Source of the DNA: Alphaproteobacteria bacterium
GTDB lineage: Bacteria > Pseudomonadota > Alphaproteobacteria > RF32 > CAG-239
NCBI GenBank assembly: GCA_045537965.1
Contig: JAZSQL010000050.1
Span: 12,096-76,095 of the forward strand
Reading direction: 5' to 3'
DNA: 64,000 nucleotides
Position numbers and translations under genes: made by a program. Below, in pieces: positions 35,234 through 43,879 of the stretch. A model generated the notes under the pieces. It saw nothing but the letters and a program-made list of their open reading frames with translations. It was not told the DNA's origin and did not search any database. Numbering within the stretch: position 1 is the first letter of the stretch; the number at the start of each line of letters is the position of its first letter.

Positions 35234-35340
35234 TATCTTTACCTATTCTAAAGTTTATACTATTTAGATAGGTTGCAAAAATTTCAAAAACAAGACAATA
35301 TTGAAATAAAAAATCCCCGCATCTGCGAGGATGAGAAACT

Positions 35341-35427
35341 TGGTGCTCTGGAAAGGACTTGAACCTTCATGAAGAAACCTTCACAAGTACCTGAAACTTG
35401 CGCGTCTACCAATTCCGCCACCAGAGC
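35341..35427 (-). tRNA. tRNA-Leu (anticodon CAG), long variable arm
   Basis: The reverse complement GCTCTGGTGGCGGAATTGGTAGACGCGCAAGTTTCAGGTACTTG...GGTTCAAGTCCTTTCCAGAGCACCA folds as follows: 7-bp acceptor stem, anticodon stem CAAGT/ACTTG, loop TTCAGGT. Close to E. coli tRNA-Leu(CAG). Confidence 0.9.
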
Positions 35428-35436
35428 TTTAGCTTA

Positions 35437-36258
35437 TTAGATATTTATACTCATAATTCCATAAGAATCAAGCAATAAAATGGAACCAAGTATAATTCTA
35501 TAAATCACAAAAGGTAAAAATGTTGATTTTTTTAACCACCACATAACAATATAAATGGCAACAATTGATGAAATATATGAATAAATTACACCATCAAACA
35601 TCCAACCAATTTCTTGTAAATTACCTTGTTGCCAAATTTCCCAACCTGTTAATGTTGCTGCTGCGACAATGGCTGGTATTGATAACAACATTGAAAATTT
35701 TGCCGCTTCACGACGTTCTAGTCCTAGAAACCTAGCAAATGTTATAGTTATTCCTGAACGTGATGTTCCTGGTATAAGCGCTAAACATTGCGCACAACCT
35801 ATAACTATAGCATCAAAAACCCCCATATGTTTTATCTGACGAATAGTCATTGAACATTTATCGGCAAAAAACAACAATATTCCATATCCTAAAATTGTCC
35901 ATCCGATGATGCGAGTATTTCTTAACCACTCCATACCGTGTTGTTTAAGAAAATATCCCGTTATGATAGCTGGTATTGTGCCAACGACAATTAACCAAAA
36001 TATTTGCGCTCCTTCATTCTTTAAAGTTGGACAGAAATGAGTTTTCCAAAGGCCTCTGACCATTTCCCAAATAGTAGATGAGAAATATATCATCACAGCT
36101 AATATTGATCCCACATGTACAGCAACATCTAACGCCAAACCTTGATCTGGAAAATAGCTAAATTTTGACAATAGAATCAAATGCCCTGAAGAACTCACTG
36201 GCAAAAACTCTGTTATTCCTTGCAATAAGGACAAATAAAAAATTTGAATATTAGTCAT
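35437..36258 (-). CDS. uppP: undecaprenyl-diphosphate phosphatase
   Basis: QGITEFLPVSSSGHL at the N-terminus and PGTSRSGITI are the BacA/UppP signatures. The start shares one base with the upstream stop (TAATG). Confidence 0.9.
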   Translation of the reverse strand: MTNIQIFYLSLLQGITEFLPVSSSGHLILLSKFSYFPDQGLALDVAVHVGSILAVMIYFSSTIWEMVRGLWKTHFCPTLKNEGAQIFWLIVVGTIPAIITGYFLKQHGMEWLRNTRIIGWTILGYGILLFFADKCSMTIRQIKHMGVFDAIVIGCAQCLALIPGTSRSGITITFARFLGLERREAAKFSMLLSIPAIVAAATLTGWEIWQQGNLQEIGWMFDGVIYSYISSIVAIYIVMWWLKKSTFLPFVIYRIILGSILLLDSYGIMSINI

Positions 36259-36680
36259 TACGATTTTTCTTTAATACCAAATGCTGTACAAATTCTTTTT
36301 TTCAATGCTAATGGAGAAATTGGTTTGACCAAATATTCATGAATACCTATTGATTTGGCATCAAGAACTGTTTTTTCTTTTGTGTCAACTGTTACCATTA
36401 TAATTGGCATATTTTTATCATCACCTATAACACCTTCTTTGATTTGTTTAGCTAATTCTAACCCTGTTTGCTCAGGCATTTGATGGTCTAGTAAGATGAT
36501 ATTTATTTTATAATTACGTAATATTTCTGCAGCCTCGGTTGTTGTAGCAGCCTCTTTAGTGTTTTTGATACCTATTTGATAAAGTGCTGTTTTAACAAAT
36601 GTGCGTGAAAACTTATCATCATCAACCACTAAACAAGTAATTGCATCCCAGTTAATTTGTTTATTGCTTGTATCGTTCAT
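36258..36680 (-). CDS. single-domain CheY-like response regulator
   Basis: LVVDDD, IILLDHQMP (phospho-acceptor Asp) and YLVKPI (conserved Lys). No output domain. Confidence 0.8.
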   Translation of the reverse strand: MNDTSNKQINWDAITCLVVDDDKFSRTFVKTALYQIGIKNTKEAATTTEAAEILRNYKINIILLDHQMPEQTGLELAKQIKEGVIGDDKNMPIIMVTVDTKEKTVLDAKSIGIHEYLVKPISPLALKKRICTAFGIKEKS

Positions 36681-36738
36681 TTTTAAACCTCATCTTCTAT
36701 ATAATGATAGTTTAGTTCTTATATTATTAAAATTTGTT

Positions 36739-37572
36739 TTACAATTTTAAACATTTTTTATGATTATCTTTCATATCTAATAATGATTGTGGATTAAACC
36801 GAACATTACGCAGCGATGCTCCCCAATGCAGATGAGCTCCCGTTGCTCGCCCTGTCTTACCTACTGTTCCAATGATATCGCCTTGTTTAACAATATCTCC
36901 TCTTTTTACATTCATATCCTTAAGATGAGCATAAATAGTCTGCAAACCAAAACCATGATCTATAATAATAACATTACCAGAATAGAATAACTCTGGATAC
37001 GCTAAAACAACTTTGCCATCTGCTGTAGACTTAACAGGAGTACCTTCTTTAGCTGCAATATCCATGCCTTGATGTGGGTTTTTAGGAATGTTATTCATAA
37101 TCCTTTGTCCACCAAATTTACCTGATATACGTCCTTTGACAGGATTTATAAAACCTGAACGCCAAAAAGCTGTTGTCGAAATATCTTTTAGTGCATCTCT
37201 AACAACTTTGCGTTCTAATTTAATTGCTTTTATATCTGAATCTAAAGGAGTTACCTTATGACGCGGAACCCCTGTAATATTTTGAATATCCCATGATATA
37301 GGAAGCACATCAAATTTGTAAGAGCTTTCTCCGCCCAAACTTCCAATAATTTTTATATTTTGAGTATTACTTTCATCTCTACTAAACGCTAATAAAAAAA
37401 ATCCTTCAGGCGAGGTTAGTAGTTGTTCGCCATTTAAATATACTTGCTTACTAGCTTCAGTCTTACCAATTAAAAACTCTCCTTGATTAACTTTACCACA
37501 AAGTTCTAGAGATTTAGCATTGGTACTTATTAGAAAAAAACTAAAAATCAAAAAGAGATATTTGTTGTTCAT
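36739..37572 (-). CDS. M23 (LytM) family metallopeptidase, secreted
   Basis: Signal peptide. HQGMDIAA (HxxxD) and GAHLHWG (HxH) motifs are intact. Confidence 0.8.
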   Translation of the reverse strand: MNNKYLFLIFSFFLISTNAKSLELCGKVNQGEFLIGKTEASKQVYLNGEQLLTSPEGFFLLAFSRDESNTQNIKIIGSLGGESSYKFDVLPISWDIQNITGVPRHKVTPLDSDIKAIKLERKVVRDALKDISTTAFWRSGFINPVKGRISGKFGGQRIMNNIPKNPHQGMDIAAKEGTPVKSTADGKVVLAYPELFYSGNVIIIDHGFGLQTIYAHLKDMNVKRGDIVKQGDIIGTVGKTGRATGAHLHWGASLRNVRFNPQSLLDMKDNHKKCLKL

Positions 37573-38911
37573 GTTTTTTACTCACCTTTTTTGTTGTCTT
37601 TGAAGAATAAATTTTTGTTGTATTTATTGGTTTTGCTTTTATAGCTCCATCAGCAAAATTAATTTCAAGATCACTTGTTTTCTTAGCATCATCAATATTG
37701 TATATTGTTTGTCCATTCTCATCTTTTATCCAAGCATATCCTCTGTTTAAGACTGTTGCTGGAGATACTGATGATAATCTCAATATTAAATTATTTAAAT
37801 TTTCTTGTTTTTTTTCTATAATATTTTGGATATATAGAGGCTTTAGTCCACATAACTCTACTTGGTGTAATTTATTATTAATGAAATTTTTAAAAGCTAC
37901 TTGTATACGTTCTATTCTATCATCAAATTTCTGAATTGCCTCCTGCAAAATTTGACTAAGATTAGGAATGCCTCGTGATAATCCTGTTAGAATATTGTGT
38001 TTTTCAGTAAAATAGCGAATTACTCCATTTTTTAGGCGAGCATCTAAGTTATTTATACTAGTTAACAGTTCTGTTCGTACTGGAACAGCAAATTCAGCAG
38101 CCCCTGTTGGTGTTGGTGCTCGTTTATCTGCGACATAATCTATTAACATCGTATCTGTTTCGTGTCCCACCGCAGAAATTATGGGAATTTCACTAGCAAA
38201 TACAGCTCTAATAACGCATTCCTCATTAAAAGGCCATAAATCCTCTAAGCTACCTCCTCCTCGAGCTACAATGAGTACATCTGGTTTAGGATATTGGGAT
38301 ATTTTATCTAATCGATTAAAATCCTTAACTGCCTGAGCTATTTTTTCGGCTGCTCCTTCTCCTTGTACAGGAGTTGGAATCAACAATATATGTGATGGAA
38401 ATCTGTCTCGTACACGATGGATAATATCACGAATGACAGCACCAGATGCTGATGTAATAACACCTATTGTTTTGGGCAAAAATGGAATTGGCTTTTTGTG
38501 AACAATATCAAAAAGACCTTCTGATACAAAAAGTTTTTTACGCTCTTCTAAAAGTTTTAGAAGCGCTCCAGTTCCTGCTACTTCTATATTTTCAATTATT
38601 AGTTGATACGATGATTTACCAGCAAACGTAGTTATTTTACCAGTTGCAATAACCTCTAATCCATCTTCTAGTTTTATCGGCAAATTAGATGCTATACCTC
38701 GCCAAACCACTGCGGATAGAGCCGCATTATCGTCCTTTAATGTTAAATACCAATGCCCAGAATCAGCCCTCTTAGCGCCAAAAATTTCTCCCCTTATTCG
38801 AACTTTCGCAAACGAGGTTTCAATAAAACGTTTAATTTCAAAAGATATTTCACTGACTGTAAATTCAGGTAACTCTTTTTGAACTATTGTCGAATCAAAT
38901 AAATCTTCCAT
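37541..38911 (-). CDS. xseA: exodeoxyribonuclease VII large subunit
   Basis: N-terminal OB fold (VRIRGEIFGAKRADSGHWYLTLKD). GVITSASGAVIRDI, ARGGGSLEDLWPFN and ISAVGHETD motifs. Confidence 0.85.
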   Translation of the reverse strand: MEDLFDSTIVQKELPEFTVSEISFEIKRFIETSFAKVRIRGEIFGAKRADSGHWYLTLKDDNAALSAVVWRGIASNLPIKLEDGLEVIATGKITTFAGKSSYQLIIENIEVAGTGALLKLLEERKKLFVSEGLFDIVHKKPIPFLPKTIGVITSASGAVIRDIIHRVRDRFPSHILLIPTPVQGEGAAEKIAQAVKDFNRLDKISQYPKPDVLIVARGGGSLEDLWPFNEECVIRAVFASEIPIISAVGHETDTMLIDYVADKRAPTPTGAAEFAVPVRTELLTSINNLDARLKNGVIRYFTEKHNILTGLSRGIPNLSQILQEAIQKFDDRIERIQVAFKNFINNKLHQVELCGLKPLYIQNIIEKKQENLNNLILRLSSVSPATVLNRGYAWIKDENGQTIYNIDDAKKTSDLEINFADGAIKAKPINTTKIYSSKTTKKVSKKHEQQISLFDF

Positions 38912-39007
38912 ATGCCATGCACTTAGAATTGAACTCGTGATTAGTATAAAAACATTTTAATACTAGAGCAAGAAATTCCTTAGTTTTTTTAAGTGTATTT
39001 TTATAAC

Positions 39008-39946
39008 TTAGAGCTTAGATAAGGCTTCATCACTAAGTTCTTTCATTTTTTTAGCACTAGCCTTGAGTAAAACTGCTTCTTCTTCATTTAATTCTGGATA
39101 TAAAACATTGTGCACGCCTCTCTTACCAATAACGGTTGGCATTGATATGCAAACATCTTTAATGCCCGCAACTTCTGAATGGTGTGTTGATACGGTAAGA
39201 ATCGCATATTCATTAGTTGTAATAGCCTGACAAATACGGCACAAACCTCCTGCAATACCGTAAAAAGTAGCCCCTTTACCATTAATTATTTTGTATGCAG
39301 CATTTCTAACATCATCATCTATTCTACTTTTAATATCATCAGTTAGGGGCTTGCCTAACTTATTGGCTAACTCTGATAAGGGCATTGTTCCTCCATCACC
39401 ATTTGACCAGCATAAAACCTCACTATCTCCATGTTCCCCAAGCACGTTAGCATGTAATGATTTGGGCGAAATTCCTAAATAGAATCCTAAATCCGTCCTA
39501 AAACGAGCTGTATCTAAAATAGTACCACTGCCAATAACTCTTTCTTTAGGAAGTCCAGATAATTTCAAAGCAACTTCTGTCATAATATCAACAGGATTAG
39601 TGGCTATAACTAGTGTAGCTGTTGGAGTGTTAGATACAACCTGAGGAATTATTTCTGCAAAAATTTTTACATTACGTTCAAGTAAATCCGTTCTTGTTTC
39701 ACCTGGCTTTTGATTTGCACCTGCTGTTACGATAACCACCTCACTACCACACAAGTCTTTATAATCTCCTGATTTCACTTTATTTGCAAAAGCAAAAGGT
39801 GCTGCATGTGCAATATCGGTAGCTTCAGCCCATGCTTTTTCTTTGTTGACATCTACCAATGTAATTTTTCTGGCAACTCCACGCATAATCAGAGCAAATG
39901 CTGTAGCTGCTCCAACCCAACCCGCACCGACAATTCCCACCTGCAT
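39008..39946 (-). CDS. ldh: L-lactate dehydrogenase
   Basis: Rossmann GIVGAGWVG. AGANQKPGETRTDL has Gln at the substrate-specificity position (LDH type, not the Arg of MDH). DTARFR and catalytic GEHGDS are present. Confidence 0.8.
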   Translation of the reverse strand: MQVGIVGAGWVGAATAFALIMRGVARKITLVDVNKEKAWAEATDIAHAAPFAFANKVKSGDYKDLCGSEVVIVTAGANQKPGETRTDLLERNVKIFAEIIPQVVSNTPTATLVIATNPVDIMTEVALKLSGLPKERVIGSGTILDTARFRTDLGFYLGISPKSLHANVLGEHGDSEVLCWSNGDGGTMPLSELANKLGKPLTDDIKSRIDDDVRNAAYKIINGKGATFYGIAGGLCRICQAITTNEYAILTVSTHHSEVAGIKDVCISMPTVIGKRGVHNVLYPELNEEEAVLLKASAKKMKELSDEALSKL

Positions 39947-39999
39947 ATTTTATCTCCTATATCAATTATACCTTTATACTAGGTAGGGATTGAAAATAT

Positions 40000-40038
40000 A
40001 AAAAACAACCCCTTATAAAATACAAGGGGTTGTTTTTA
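40000..40038. terminator. bidirectional rho-independent terminator between ldh and the V/E-rich ORF
   Basis: AACAACCCCTT / AAGGGGTTGTT 11-bp stem flanked by A- and T-runs. Confidence 0.75.
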
Positions 40039-40052
40039 TAAATAAAGCATAG

Positions 40053-40355
40053 TTATTCTACGACTGTTTCACCTTCGTCTGCAGTCACTTCTGGATTTTC
40101 TTCTACAACTTCAACTGTTACAGCTTCAGATCCAGGTTCTTCATCTACAACAACTACTTCATCCTCAACAACTGGGGCATTATTAACATCAGGTGCTACA
40201 ACTTTTTCTTGGGTTGTTTCTGGCTCGATAGCAACCGTTTCTACAGCTACAACAGGTTCATCAACTGCAACTGGCGCAGGGTTGTTGCTTTGTAATAGTT
40301 TTGACAAACCTAGCAAGATTAATAAAACAACTATAATATAAACTATTTTTTTCAT
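40053..40355 (-). CDS. membrane-anchored acidic low-complexity (V/E/P-rich) protein
   Basis: N-terminal TM/signal anchor MKKIVYIIVVLLILLGL, then a ~75-aa acidic tract rich in V, E, P, A and T. Confidence 0.45.
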   Translation of the reverse strand: MKKIVYIIVVLLILLGLSKLLQSNNPAPVAVDEPVVAVETVAIEPETTQEKVVAPDVNNAPVVEDEVVVVDEEPGSEAVTVEVVEENPEVTADEGETVVE

Positions 40356-40625
40356 CCTTTAGCTCCTCAGTAATTTAGTTTATTTTAAATTTAAGATTTA
40401 CAGTACCGTTTGTCAACATCTATTAGTGTTTATTATATACATTTTAAATTGTTTTTTATTTCGTATAAAATACAATATAAAACAAGCAGTTAGCAACTTA
40501 ACCCTTTTCTTTTTTGTGTGTTTTTTTAAATAATGCTTGCTAATTTAAAGAAAATAGTGCTAACTAACAACGAACGACCTTGTAGAAGGTTGGTTAATTG
40601 TTTTAATTTTTTTGAGGTATACATT

Positions 40626-40859
40626 ATGACTGATACAGCAAATCGCGTTAAGAAAATCGTTGCAGAGCATCTTGGCGTTGAAGAATCTAAAGTTACTGAA
40701 GCCGCTAGCTTTATTGACGATTTGGGCGCAGATAGTTTGGATACAGTAGAGTTGGTTATGGCTTTTGAAGAAGAATTTGGTTGTGAAATTCCTGATGAAG
40801 CTGCTGAAAAAATTCTTACTGTAAAAGATGCTATTGACTATCTTTCAAAGAATGCTTAA
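40626..40859 (+). CDS. acpP: acyl carrier protein
   Basis: ATG at 40626. [20 protein letters not shown] contains the phosphopantetheine-attachment DSL motif. 77 aa. Confidence 0.92.
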   Translation: MTDTANRVKKIVAEHLGVEESKVTEAASFIDDLGADSLDTVELVMAFEEEFGCEIPDEAAEKILTVKDAIDYLSKNA

Positions 40860-40885
40860 GTCTGTATGGCTTTAGGAAAGTTGAT

Positions 40886-40925
40886 GAAACTCGCTTGCTT
40901 TGGTGGCGAGTTTCATTTGTTTTAT
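40886..40925 (+). terminator. rho-independent terminator after acpP
   Basis: GAAACTCGC / GCGAGTTTC stem followed by a T-rich tail. Confidence 0.65.
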
Positions 40926-40997
40926 AGATAAAAAACCGAATCGTTAAATATTGTAGAATTTGTACAAATAATTACAATTTAATACTTTTACTTAGCA

Positions 40998-41960
40998 ATG
41001 AAATTATCACTAAAAAATATTCTTATTGTTGGCTTGATTGTATTTGTTATTACTTCTGGATTTGCTAGAAAATGGCTTTTTGAAGCAGGTCCTTTAAATA
41101 ATAATGTTTATATCTTAGTAGCTAAAGGAAGCGGCACTTATGCTGTGGCCAATAAGCTTTATAAGGAAGGAATAATAAATAAGCCTTGGCTTTTTAAATT
41201 AGCTGCAAGATTTATGAAGCTTGATAAAAAGCTTAAAGCTGGTGAATATCATTTTGCTCCCAGTATATCTATGTTTGATGTAATACAAAAACTTGCTAAT
41301 GGTAATGTTGTATATCGCAAAATTACATTGGCGGAAGGATTAACAACCATCCAGATGTTACAAATTATTAATGAAGAAGAGATGTTAACTGGAAATATTA
41401 CTCTTACTCCAAAAGATGGTGAACTTTTACCTGAGACTTATACATTTATGCGGGGAGATACTAGAGATAGTATTGTACTTCAAGCTCAAAATGCAATGAA
41501 AAACGCTGTTGATATCGCGTGGAATCGTAGAGACGATAAACTTCCACTAAAAAATATTAATGAACTATTGGTTTTGGCTTCCATAATTGAAAAAGAAACT
41601 TCTATTGATAGCGAAAGAACTCTTGTATCATCAGTATTTATAAACCGTCTAATAAAAGGTATGAAATTGCAAACTGATCCTACTGTTATTTATGCTTTAA
41701 CTTTAGGAAAAAAAGACTTAGGACGATTATTAACGCGTAAAGATTTACTTATAGACAGCCCCTACAATACTTATAAATATTATGGTCTCCCCCCCTCACC
41801 TATATGTAATCCAGGGTTGTCATCCTTAAAGGCTGCAGCAAATCCTGAAATAAGTGATTTTCTTTATTTTGTTGCAGATGGTCAAGGTGGACACAATTTT
41901 GCTAAAACACTTAAAGAACATAATAACAATGTAAGAGCATGGAAGAAAATAAAGAAATAG
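40998..41960 (+). CDS. mltG: endolytic murein transglycosylase MltG (YceG family)
   Basis: N-terminal TM. LASIIEKET (catalytic Glu region), QTDPTVIY, YNTY and GLPPSPICNPG motifs. Confidence 0.85.
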   Translation: MKLSLKNILIVGLIVFVITSGFARKWLFEAGPLNNNVYILVAKGSGTYAVANKLYKEGIINKPWLFKLAARFMKLDKKLKAGEYHFAPSISMFDVIQKLANGNVVYRKITLAEGLTTIQMLQIINEEEMLTGNITLTPKDGELLPETYTFMRGDTRDSIVLQAQNAMKNAVDIAWNRRDDKLPLKNINELLVLASIIEKETSIDSERTLVSSVFINRLIKGMKLQTDPTVIYALTLGKKDLGRLLTRKDLLIDSPYNTYKYYGLPPSPICNPGLSSLKAAANPEISDFLYFVADGQGGHNFAKTLKEHNNNVRAWKKIKK

Positions 41961-42042
41961 TTTTTGACAATCATCTATTTTGTTGTTATCTTCCTGTCAC
42001 AAAAACATTATTAACATTAAGTTTAACTAAAATTATCATGAC

Positions 42043-42237
42043 ATGAAAAAAATTAAAGCTATTCTTCTAACACGTCTTAGATGGGTACTAAAGTGTTTGG
42101 GTTTCAACGTTTCGGAAGTTAGGCTTCCTCAACCCCAACAGAGTGTTACAGAACACAAATATCCACAATCTTATCAATCAAAGATTGATACCAAACCTAA
42201 AGTTAAAAAAAAGCGTTTAGGTATGCAAAATAAATAA
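42043..42237 (+). CDS. small basic hypothetical protein (64 aa), weak call
   Basis: ORF only. No convincing RBS or family. Confidence 0.2.
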   Translation: MKKIKAILLTRLRWVLKCLGFNVSEVRLPQPQQSVTEHKYPQSYQSKIDTKPKVKKKRLGMQNK

Positions 42238-42340
42238 AACTTTTTAATTTTGAATTTATGGTAGAGAATAAAAGAGAAAATATTTTGCAACTTTTATAAT
42301 GCAAATTATCCTTAGTTTTTTTATGAGACTAGGGATTTTT

Positions 42341-42838
42341 TTATGCTTGACCAACAGTTTCCATCATCATTGGATAAAGAGCATCCTTAGGATTCATACC
42401 TTTTGTTAGTACGACCTTAAATATTGGATAAATTTTTTCACACTCATTTACTGCAATGTCTATCATTTGAGATATTTTATGCTCAAAATATTCTTCTTCA
42501 TAATTCAAAAAAACGGAGTGCTTAAATACTGGCATATTTTCTTCTGTCCAATATGAGAAATGTCCTACCCAAAGATTTTCATTAACCAATGCCAAAAGCT
42601 CAAACACTTTTGCCCTATCTTCAATATTATTTTTTACATCCATTAAACAGGACATATGAAGACACTTCATCGAGGCTTCCCAAGCAAAAAACAATAACAT
42701 ATTAGACCACTTCCCTTGAACCTCGACAACAACTTCATTAATATTTCGTCGCTCAAATTCAAAAGATTTAGCTGTAAATATATTTTCGACCATATCTATA
42801 GGGTTTATAATGGAGGCTAAATTCTGAGCCGATTGCAT
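42341..42838 (-). CDS. YbjN-family (T3SS-chaperone-like fold) protein
   Basis: Size and pattern (VVEVQGKWSNMLLFFAW..., LLALVNENLWVGHFSYW...PVFKHS) resemble alphaproteobacterial YbjN-domain proteins. Called from memory of the family. Confidence 0.4.
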   Translation of the reverse strand: MQSAQNLASIINPIDMVENIFTAKSFEFERRNINEVVVEVQGKWSNMLLFFAWEASMKCLHMSCLMDVKNNIEDRAKVFELLALVNENLWVGHFSYWTEENMPVFKHSVFLNYEEEYFEHKISQMIDIAVNECEKIYPIFKVVLTKGMNPKDALYPMMMETVGQA

Positions 42839-42924
42839 TCTTATTTCTCCAAAAGTACGTTCTTATGCCAATATGTTATTTAGCTTGCATTGACCATTAA
42901 ATAAAAGCAACTTTCGAGTCGTTT

Positions 42925-43055
42925 TTTTCCACTACATTCGCTCCTGTGGATAACACAACCCAAATTATTAATAGCAAAAACAATGCATTAAGTTAAAAAA
43001 AAATTTTTATCATTTTAAAGTGTGGATATATCTGTGGAAATTAATTATTCTTTAA
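42925..43055. promoter_or_regulatory. cluster of DnaA-box-like 9-mers plus one TTAA-N7-TTAA motif in the ybjN-like/lgt divergent intergenic region
   Basis: TGTGGATAA (42945-42953) is the perfect reverse complement of TTATCCACA. TGTGGATAT (43021-43029) has 1 mismatch. TGTGGAAAT (43033-43041) and TTTTCCACT (42925-42933, opposite orientation) have 2 mismatches each. An A9/T5 run sits at ~42995-43010, and TTAATTATTCTTTAA lies at 43041-43055. Confidence 0.35.
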
Positions 43056-43084
43056 GCTGTTAATTTTTTTCAAAGAGGTTTTGA

Positions 43085-43879
43085 ATGATTGGTTTACCAT
43101 ATCCAGAAATTTCATCTATTGCATTTAGCATTGGTCCTATAGCTATCCGTTGGTATTCTCTTGCTTATTTATTTGGGATTTTAATGGCTTGGTTTTTGAT
43201 ACTAAGAAATAACGAGAAAAATGAGCTAGGATACACTCGGCAACAAATTGAAGATTTAGCTTTTTTTGTAACACTTGGTATAGTAATTGGTGGACGTTTG
43301 GGGTATGCCGTGTTTTATGGCGGAAGTGGAATGTGGTTAAAGCCATGGAGAATATTAGAACTGTGGAAAGGAGGAATGTCTTTTCACGGGGGAATTGCTG
43401 GTGTTATTTTAGCAACTTGGCTATATGTTCGTAAATATAAACTTGAATTTTTAGCAATTACTGACCTTATTACATTATATGCGCCGATAGGGGTGTTTTT
43501 AGGAAGAATAGCAAATTTTATAAATGATGAATTATGGGGAAGAGTAACAGATGTTCCTTGGGCTGTTCGTTTTCCTAATGGTGGTTTTGTTCCTAGACAT
43601 CCATCTCAGTTATATGAAGCATTTTTTGAAGGAATCGTCATTTTTGTACTATTAAACTGGATGTGGAAAAAATATCCAAAATTGAGGTGCAACCACGGTA
43701 TAATCTCTGCTTTGTTTGTACTATTGTATGGATTGTTTAGAATTGCTATGGAACAATTTAGACAACCAGATGCACATCTAGGTTTTTTCTTTGGAACAGT
43801 AACTATGGGACAGATGTTATCTTTACCATTAATAGCTGTCGGTGGATTTATATTGTATCGAAATATAAAAAAAAATTAA
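43085..43879 (+). CDS. lgt: prolipoprotein diacylglyceryl transferase
   Basis: IRWYSLAYLFGI, GGRLGY, GGMSFHGG, GRIANFINDELWGR and RHPSQLYEA motifs. Confidence 0.9.
   Translation: MIGLPYPEISSIAFSIGPIAIRWYSLAYLFGILMAWFLILRNNEKNELGYTRQQIEDLAFFVTLGIVIGGRLGYAVFYGGSGMWLKPWRILELWKGGMSFHGGIAGVILATWLYVRKYKLEFLAITDLITLYAPIGVFLGRIANFINDELWGRVTDVPWAVRFPNGGFVPRHPSQLYEAFFEGIVIFVLLNWMWKKYPKLRCNHGIISALFVLLYGLFRIAMEQFRQPDAHLGFFFGTVTMGQMLSLPLIAVGGFILYRNIKKN

Noticed and set aside
29927-35340. Direct repeats of the tRNA-fMet or tRNA-Leu 3' ends (att sites) inside the island.
   Set aside because: I scanned the island ends by eye for GGTTCAAATCCAGCCCCCGCAACCA and GGTTCAAGTCCTTTCCAGAGCACCA fragments. Only a weak resemblance turned up (AAAAATCCCCGCA at about 35309), so I make no att claim. 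A computational repeat search is still needed.
40053-40355. The V/E/P-rich low-complexity region as a non-coding repeat or mis-called ORF.
   Set aside because: It has a convincing N-terminal membrane anchor, a single open frame, and a terminator just downstream. I kept it as a low-confidence CDS, not a DNA repeat.
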